Source: Candidatus Marinacidobacterium sp. (GTDB lineage: Bacteria; Acidobacteriota; Vicinamibacteria; Marinacidobacterales; Marinacidobacteraceae). Taken from it: a stretch of 64,000 nucleotides of DNA. The DNA lies in contig OZ244852.1 of NCBI GenBank assembly GCA_965220965.1, forward strand, positions 2,080,001 through 2,144,000, in the 5' to 3' direction. The position numbers and the translations under genes were made by a program. This document shows, in pieces, positions 32,657-39,200 of this stretch; the first letter of the stretch is position 1, and every line of letters starts with the position of its first letter. Under the pieces are notes generated by a model. The model saw nothing but the letters and a program-made list of their open reading frames with translations, made no database searches and was not told the DNA's origin.

Positions 32657-33163
32657 ATGACCTCACACCCAAAGAAGCCGGAGCAGTCCTCGCCGACCCC
32701 GGCGCGGGCGCTTACCGAGGCTCCCGTTCCGCAGGACGGGCTCGGTCTGTGGCTCTACAGCGCGCTGGATTCCCAGCGGCTCGAAGCCCGCGAGGAGCGT
32801 CGGGACATGGAGGGGCGACTGAACGAGCGCTTCTGGGAACTCGGCGGCAAGGTCTCCTCCGTCGATCGCCGGCTCTCCGCCGTCGAACGCCAGGGGGCCG
32901 CGGTGGAAGGCCGGCTCTCCGCCGTTGAGACTGGGCTCGCCGAACACCGGGCCGAGACCCGGGAGGAGTTCAAGGCGGTCAACGCCACCCTGAGCGAACT
33001 CTGCGCACGCCTCGATCGCATGGAGGCCGCCTCGGCCGCCGAGAAGGAGCAGCGGGACCGGCGGTGGCGCGTGATCGCGTGGCTCGTTCCGGCCCTGATC
33101 GGGATCTTCGGTGTGGGGCTCGCTGTGTTCGGACATTTCCTGCTCCAACGCCTCGCCGGCTGA
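32657..33163 (+). CDS. Membrane-anchored coiled-coil protein, copy 5 (168 aa)
   Basis: Short stalk, no hendecads; C-terminal TM. Confidence 0.8.
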   Translation: MTSHPKKPEQSSPTPARALTEAPVPQDGLGLWLYSALDSQRLEAREERRDMEGRLNERFWELGGKVSSVDRRLSAVERQGAAVEGRLSAVETGLAEHRAETREEFKAVNATLSELCARLDRMEAASAAEKEQRDRRWRVIAWLVPALIGIFGVGLAVFGHFLLQRLAG

Positions 33164-33300
33164 AGGCTCCGGGCCACCGTCTCCCGGCGACGGCCCGAGA
33201 AACTGACAACGCGGCGCCGGGTGACAGGTTTCCGGCGCCTTTGCGTCCTGCACCTTCTGGAGAGCCCAGCCCCCGCCCTGACGCTCAGGTCCGGCGTTAG

Positions 33301-33549
33301 CAACCTGTTGACGAAGTCACGCGGCCCGGTTCTCCCGGTAGGGGCTCGAGCGGCGATCGCCCCCACCGGGAGGACTGGCCCCGCCCGAACCGCGCCCCTT
33401 CGGGGCGCTCATCGTTGCGTTTCATTCGGCATCCCGATGCCGGTTCTCCCGGTAGGGGCCCTCCCTCACGCGCCTTGTCGGCCGGGCGCCTCACCGCCAG
33501 TTCTCCCGGTGGGGGCCTCGGCGCTGCACGGGACTTCATCAACAGGCTG
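33301..33549. mobile_element. MITE-like element 2 (contains four 20-nt inserts)
   Basis: Same terminal inverted repeats and insertion site as element 1; longer because of internal micro-insertions. Confidence 0.75.
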
Positions 33550-33651
33550 CCGGCTCCCGGGAGCACCCGCATGGACACGAAGAAGCCCACAGCCGTTGCC
33601 CAGGGCGCGCCGGTTGCCACCGCACAGGCCCGGCCCTACACTGGGGTCAAA

Positions 33652-33846
33652 CAGCCCGTTGACAAAGTCCCGCGGCGTTCGAGCGGCGATGCATCCCGCC
33701 CGAACCGCACCCCTTTGGGGCGCTCATCGTTGCGTTTCATTCGGCATCCCGATGCCGGTTCTCCCGGTAGGGGCCCTCGCTCACGCGCCTTGTCGGCCGG
33801 GCGCCTCACCGCTCTCGGCGCTGCACGCGACTTTATCAACGGACTG
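33652..33846. mobile_element. MITE-like element 3, between the promoter and ATG of copy 6
   Basis: Terminal inverted repeats CAGCCCGTTGACAAAGTC / GACTTTATCAACGGACTG, flanked by TCAA(A) and TTAA. The empty site in copies 2 and 3 has a single TCAA or TTAA. Confidence 0.78.
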
Positions 33847-33875
33847 TTAAGCCGCCCGCGCCGGTTCGACCCCCG

Positions 33876-34568
33876 ATGACCTCATCCCCGAAGAAGCCGG
33901 AGCAGTCGTCGCCGACCCCGGCGCGGGCGCTTGCCGAGGCCCCGGTTCCACAGGATGGGCTGGGTCTGTGGCTCTACAGCGCGCTGGATTCCCAGCGGCT
34001 CGAAGCCCGCGAGGAGCGTCGGGACATGGAGGGGCGACTGAACGAGCGCTTCTCGGAACTCGGCGGCAAGGTCTCCTCCGTCGATCGCCGGCTCTCCGCC
34101 GTCGAACGCCAGGGGGCCGCGGTGGAAGGCCGGCTCTCCGCGGTGGAGACCGGGCTCGCCGAGCTTGGGAAGCGACTCGACAACCAGGGCGTCGAACTCC
34201 GAGGGCGCAGCGACAACCAGTTCGCCGAGCTTCGGGGTTACATCGACAGCCAGGTTTCCGAGCTCCGGGGTCACATCGACAGCCAGGTTTCCGAGCTCCG
34301 AGGTCACATTGACAGCCAGGTCTCCGAGCTCCGAAGTTACGTCGACAGCCAGATCGCCGAACTCAGGGCCGAGACCCGGGAAGGGTTCAAGGCGGTCAAC
34401 GCCACCCTCAGCCAGATCTGCGCGAGGCTCGACCGCATGGAGGCGGCCTCGGCCGCCCGGGAGGAGCAACGGGAGCAGCGGCGACGCCTGCGCGCCTGGC
34501 TCGGTTCCGCGCTGATCGGCCTCCTCGGCGCGGGGCTCGTCGTACTGGGGCAGTTCCTGCTCCAGTGA
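33876..34568 (+). CDS. Membrane-anchored coiled-coil protein, copy 6 (230 aa)
   Basis: 6 hendecads (SELRGHIDSQV type); divergent C-terminal TM. Confidence 0.8.
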   Translation: MTSSPKKPEQSSPTPARALAEAPVPQDGLGLWLYSALDSQRLEAREERRDMEGRLNERFSELGGKVSSVDRRLSAVERQGAAVEGRLSAVETGLAELGKRLDNQGVELRGRSDNQFAELRGYIDSQVSELRGHIDSQVSELRGHIDSQVSELRSYVDSQIAELRAETREGFKAVNATLSQICARLDRMEAASAAREEQREQRRRLRAWLGSALIGLLGAGLVVLGQFLLQ

Positions 34569-34666
34569 CCGGGGCGCCGTAGGCCCGGGCCCCGAGGCCC
34601 ACCCCGCCACCACGCCGCCCGGCGGGAGCGGCGGCCCGCGGTCGTGCGGCGACGCCGCGCGGGGCC

Positions 34667-35599
34667 TCAGCGGGACGGGACGTCCACTTCGCCGCGGATG
34701 TCCCCGTAGCGGATCCGCGAGCGCTTCGTCCCGCGAACTGTGAGCCCTCCCTCGACATCGCGGACCTCGACGCCGCCGGAGCCGGCGTCCTCGATCCGGA
34801 CCTCGCCACCGACTCCCTCGATCCCGATGCTCCCCGAGCCATCCTCTCCGACGAGCACGCTCCCGCCAACGACGCGGACGCGAACGCTCCCGCCCCGATC
34901 TTCGAGGCGCACATCGCCCCCCACGTCGGCGATGCGGACGCTTCCGGACCCGTCGTCAACGGTCACGCTGCCCTCCACCCCCTCGATCCGGAGGCCTCCC
35001 GAACCGTCCTCCACGGTCACATCGCCGGCGATCTGGCGGATCTCGAGGCTCCCCGAACCGTCCCGCACCTGCGCCTCCGCGGCCCGCTCGATCGTCAGCG
35101 ACCCGGACCCGTCCTCGATGTCCACCGCCCCGACATCGGAGATCCGGACGGAGCCGGAACGGTCCTCCAGCCGGATCGCCGAGACGGCCGGAACACGGAC
35201 ATCGAGGTCGATCCGGGCGTAGTCCCGGTCCCACCAGCCGCCGTTCCGCTCGGGGACACGCGCCTCCAGCCGTCCGGATTCCAGCGTCACCGACAGATCT
35301 TCCAGGATCGCCTGGCTCGACGCGCACAGCGTCGCGGTCACGAGCACCTCATCCAGGTCCGCCTCGCCCCGGATCGCGACCGCCCCCGGGCCGCTCCGCA
35401 CGAAGAGCGAGTCCGTCGCCGACTCCGAGAGACTCACGGTGTCCGTGGATTCGCAGCGGTCGCCGTCATAGGCGAGCGCCGTCCAGCCCGGCCCGTCTCC
35501 GTCGATGTGGACGACGCAGCCCGACGCCAGCGCCGCGCCGATCGCCAGAACCCCTCCCCGAACCCATCGGCCTGTCCCGTTTCCCGTGCTCGCTGTCAT
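34667..35599 (-). CDS. DUF4097/adhesin-like beta-strand repeat lipoprotein
   Basis: GGAGG RBS, lipobox LASGC, many DGSGS(V/L)RI repeats. Confidence 0.75.
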   Translation of the reverse strand: MTASTGNGTGRWVRGGVLAIGAALASGCVVHIDGDGPGWTALAYDGDRCESTDTVSLSESATDSLFVRSGPGAVAIRGEADLDEVLVTATLCASSQAILEDLSVTLESGRLEARVPERNGGWWDRDYARIDLDVRVPAVSAIRLEDRSGSVRISDVGAVDIEDGSGSLTIERAAEAQVRDGSGSLEIRQIAGDVTVEDGSGGLRIEGVEGSVTVDDGSGSVRIADVGGDVRLEDRGGSVRVRVVGGSVLVGEDGSGSIGIEGVGGEVRIEDAGSGGVEVRDVEGGLTVRGTKRSRIRYGDIRGEVDVPSR

Positions 35600-35725
35600 C
35601 GTGGTCCTCCAGGGGCCTCACCGCGCCAGCGGCGCTCGTCGCCCCTCCCACACAAACGACATCCCGGCGTCCACGGTTCCGGGACGGGGAGCATCCTCCC
35701 GTCTCCTTCCTATACTCAGAGCGTC

Positions 35726-37417
35726 TTGAACGCCCCGCCAAGGACCGCGCTCCGCCTCGCGGCGGCCTTCACGCTCGCGTTCCCCGCCGCCGCCGCCGCG
35801 CAGGGCTTCACCGACGTGACGGAAGAGGCCGGGATCCGCTTCGTCCACGACGCCGGAGATCAGGGCGATCTCTCCCTCCCCGAGATCACCGGGGCGGGCG
35901 GGGGATTCTTCGACGCCGACGGCGACGGCGATCTGGACATCTACCTGCTCCAGGGCGGACGACCCACCGACCCGCCGGGTCCCCGGCCGGGGGCCCCCGG
36001 AAACGCGCTCTATCTCCAGGGCCCGCCGGGCCGGTTCACCGACGCGAGCGAGGCCTCGGGAACGGCGGACACCGGCTACGGCATGGGGCTCGCCGCCGCC
36101 GACATCGATGGGGACGGGCTGACCGACCTGTTCGTCACGAACTACGGACCGGACCGCCTCTACCGGAGCCTCGGCGACGGACGCTTCGAGGACCACACCG
36201 ACGCGGCGGGGGTCGCCGGCGAAGGCTGGTCTTCCTCCGCGGCGTTTTGCGACTACGACGCCGACGGCCGCCTCGACCTGTACGTGGCGCGCTACGTCCG
36301 GAACGACCCGGCGAAGGCCTGCACCCAGCAGGACGGGACGCGCGACTACTGCAGCCCGCAGGTCTTCCCCGGCGTCCACGACTACCTCTACCGGAATCTC
36401 GGCGGCGGGCGCTTCGAGGAGGTTTCGCTCGCCGCCGGCCTGCGCGCGGTCCACGCCCCCGGGCTCGGGGTGGTGTGCTCCGACTTCGACGGGGACGGCC
36501 GGCTCGACTTCTACGTCGCGAACGACGGGGAGGCGAACCAGCTCTGGCTGAACCAGGGCGACGGAACGTTCGTCGACGACGCCTTCCTCGCCGGGGTGGC
36601 GCTGAACGACGCCGGCCGACCCGAAGCCGGCATGGGGATCGCGCTGGGAGATCTCGACGGAGACCTCGATCTCGACCTCTTCATCACCCACGTCGCCGAC
36701 GAGACGAACACGCTCTACCGGAGCGACGGCGGGGGCATGGGCCTGACGTTCGCCGACCGGACCGGCCCCTCCGGCCTCGGTCCCCCGAGCATGGCGATGA
36801 CCGGATTCGGGGTGGCGTTCATCGATCTGGATCTGGATGGCGCCCTCGATCTGGTGGTCGCGAACGGGCGCGTCCAGCGGAAACCGGCCCTCCCCGGCGC
36901 CCTCGGGGACGCGTTCTGGCGCGACTTCGGCGAGCCGAACCAGATCTTCCACAACGCCGGCGTCGACGCCGGCGACGCGCGATTCACCGATATCGATTCC
37001 GCGGAGGACTTCGCGGCCCTGATCGAGGTCAGCCGCGGGCTGGCGATGGCCGACTACGACGAGGACGGCGACCTCGACCTGCTGGTGGCGAACGCCGAGG
37101 GGCCGGCCCGGCTCTTCCGCAACGACTTCGAGCGCGCCGGACGACCCCTCCGGGTCACACCAGTCGACGACGCGGGTCGACCGGCATTCCCCACCCGGAT
37201 CACCGTGACGCTGTCGAACGGCCGCGAGGTGGTGCGCCTCGCCGACCCGGGCGGCAGCTACCTCGCGGCGAACGACGCGAGAGCCTTCTTCGCGGTCCCC
37301 GAAGGCGCCGAAGTAACCGGCCTCGCGGCCCTCTGGCCCGACGGATCGCGGGAGGAGTTTCCCGGAACCGACGAGGACGCGGTCACCCTGCGCCAGGGCG
37401 ACGGAGGGCCACGATAG
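35726..37417 (+). CDS. CRTAC1-family FG-GAP repeat / ASPIC-UnbV protein
   Basis: FTDVTEEAGI, several DxDGDGxLD Ca-binding repeats, GGSYLA near the C-terminus, signal peptide. TTG 35726 follows TATACT at 35711. Confidence 0.85.
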   Translation: MNAPPRTALRLAAAFTLAFPAAAAAQGFTDVTEEAGIRFVHDAGDQGDLSLPEITGAGGGFFDADGDGDLDIYLLQGGRPTDPPGPRPGAPGNALYLQGPPGRFTDASEASGTADTGYGMGLAAADIDGDGLTDLFVTNYGPDRLYRSLGDGRFEDHTDAAGVAGEGWSSSAAFCDYDADGRLDLYVARYVRNDPAKACTQQDGTRDYCSPQVFPGVHDYLYRNLGGGRFEEVSLAAGLRAVHAPGLGVVCSDFDGDGRLDFYVANDGEANQLWLNQGDGTFVDDAFLAGVALNDAGRPEAGMGIALGDLDGDLDLDLFITHVADETNTLYRSDGGGMGLTFADRTGPSGLGPPSMAMTGFGVAFIDLDLDGALDLVVANGRVQRKPALPGALGDAFWRDFGEPNQIFHNAGVDAGDARFTDIDSAEDFAALIEVSRGLAMADYDEDGDLDLLVANAEGPARLFRNDFERAGRPLRVTPVDDAGRPAFPTRITVTLSNGREVVRLADPGGSYLAANDARAFFAVPEGAEVTGLAALWPDGSREEFPGTDEDAVTLRQGDGGPR

Positions 37418-37421
37418 GGTG

Positions 37422-38972
37422 ATGGCCCGCTCCCGCCGGTCCCGCTCCCCTCGCCGCTCCCCTCCCCCGGCTCAACGGCCAACAAACCGGACCGCCCGGC
37501 CCGCGCCCGACCCCACCCGGCCGCCGAAGGAGGCGCCGGAGCGTTCCGCGGCCGCGCAGATCGTCGTCGCGGTCCTCGCCGTCGCCCTGGTGGTGGGGGC
37601 GGTGGTTCTGGTCCCCCGGATCCTCGCGCCCGACCTCCCGGATCCGCCGGACCCGGATCTATCCGGCGCCGAGGCCGGAGTGGCCGAAGCGGTCCGTGAC
37701 GCCCGCGAGGCGCTGCTGGACGACCTCGACTCCGCCGATCGGTGGTCAACCTACGGCGCCACGCTCCTCGTCCACGAGCTCCATGAAGAGGCGGCGACCG
37801 CCTATCGCGCGGCGGCCGCCCTCGACGACGAGGACTTCCGCTTTCCGTATCTGGAGGCCCGCGCGCTCTTCACGGTAGACCGGGAAGCGGCTGAAGCCGC
37901 GGCCCTCCGCGCCGCCGGACAGAACCCGACCTACGCGCCGGCGCACCTGCTGGCGGGCCAGCTCGCCGAGGACCGGGGCGATCCGGAGGCGGCGAAGGAG
38001 CGCTACCGGGCGGTCCTCGACCAGCCGGCCCGTCCGGCGCCGGCGAACGAGGCCGCCGCCCGTTTCCGGCTGGGACGCCTGCTCGCCGGCGAGGACAACC
38101 TGACCGAGGCGCTTCCGCTGCTGGAGCGGGCGGAAGCCCTCGCTCCCGACTCCGGAGCCATCGTCGCGGCGCTCGCCCGGGTCTACCGCCGCGCCGGGGA
38201 CGGCGAGCGCGCCCGCGCGGCGGCGGAGCGGGCGCGCGGTCTGGAGCACGACCTGCTCATCTCGGACCCGCTGATGGACCAGGTGAACGCGCTCGCCCGG
38301 TCGGTCGTGGGGATGGAGCGGCGGGCCTTCGCCGCCGAAGCCGCCGGCCGCCCCCAGGTCGCGGAGCGCCTGCTGCGCGAGATGATCGAGGCGCGCCCGG
38401 GCGCCGCCGACCTCTACTACAACCTGGGGAACAACCTCTCCCGTCAGGGCCGCAACGACGAGGCGCTCGAAGCGTGGGCCAACGCCCTCGACCGGAACCC
38501 GGACCACGTCTCGGCGCTCGTGAACTCGAGCATCGTCCTCGCCCAGTCCGGGGAACTCGCCGAAGCCGAGCGGCGCTGCCGCCGGGTCCTCGACATCCAG
38601 CCGCGCCATCCGGGCGCGCTCTCGAGCCTCGGCAGCATCGCCGCGCTCGCCGGGCGGCGCGCAGAGGCGCTCCGCTGGTTCGAACAGGCGCTCGAAGAGG
38701 AGCCCGAACGCGCCGGAACCCACGACTCGATCGCCCAGGTGCTCGCGTCCGAGCGCCGGTTCGCCGAGGCGATCCGCCACTTCCGCATCGCGGTCGGCAA
38801 GGAGCCCTTCCGCGCCGACTACCGCCTCGGGCTCGCCGCCTCGCTCGCCTCCACCGGCGACTTCGAGGGCGCCTGGGAGACCGCCCGCGAGGGCGAACGC
38901 CTCGGCGCCCCGCTCCCCGAGGACTTCCTCGGCATGCTCCGCCGAGCGCTCCCGGAGCCGGCGCCCCGGTGA
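37422..38972 (+). CDS. Membrane-anchored tetratricopeptide repeat protein
   Basis: N-terminal TM helix, then TPR-like repeats (LYYNLGNNL, ALDRNPDH). Confidence 0.8.
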   Translation: MARSRRSRSPRRSPPPAQRPTNRTARPAPDPTRPPKEAPERSAAAQIVVAVLAVALVVGAVVLVPRILAPDLPDPPDPDLSGAEAGVAEAVRDAREALLDDLDSADRWSTYGATLLVHELHEEAATAYRAAAALDDEDFRFPYLEARALFTVDREAAEAAALRAAGQNPTYAPAHLLAGQLAEDRGDPEAAKERYRAVLDQPARPAPANEAAARFRLGRLLAGEDNLTEALPLLERAEALAPDSGAIVAALARVYRRAGDGERARAAAERARGLEHDLLISDPLMDQVNALARSVVGMERRAFAAEAAGRPQVAERLLREMIEARPGAADLYYNLGNNLSRQGRNDEALEAWANALDRNPDHVSALVNSSIVLAQSGELAEAERRCRRVLDIQPRHPGALSSLGSIAALAGRRAEALRWFEQALEEEPERAGTHDSIAQVLASERRFAEAIRHFRIAVGKEPFRADYRLGLAASLASTGDFEGAWETAREGERLGAPLPEDFLGMLRRALPEPAPR

Positions 38973-39200
38973 GCGCAACGGCGCCCCCGACATTCCGGCG
39001 GGCTCCGCCAGTTGGACACCGGCCGACCGGTCCGCATAAGATCGCTTCAATGTCTTGGATATTCGCTCCGGACGCATGGGGACGGGTCACGCGTCGGAGC
39101 CAGTAAGTCATTGACAGAGAGGACTTTGTATCCGGCGCTGAGCCGGGTACGGCGGTTGCTGCTTCGGCTTCCCGCCATGTATTCCCGCGAAGGAGGGACC

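Larger units (their letters stand above)
28545..34568 (+). repeat. Tandem array of ~0.75-1.2 kb units (spacer + promoter + coiled-coil gene)
   Basis: Near-identical blocks recur, e.g. GAAACTGACAA, CCCTACACTGG, ATGACCTCA, CGTCGGGACATGGAGGG, TCGCCGGCTGA. Confidence 0.95.

Noticed and set aside
28545-34568. Array as CRISPR, diversity-generating retroelement or integron cassette array
   Set aside because: Units are whole paralogous genes. There are no short repeats with unique spacers, no cas, reverse transcriptase or integrase gene in the window, and no adenine-specific variation was evident.
39111-39140. TTGACA as the -35 of the receptor 2 promoter
   Set aside because: No plausible -10 box at 16-18 bp spacing.
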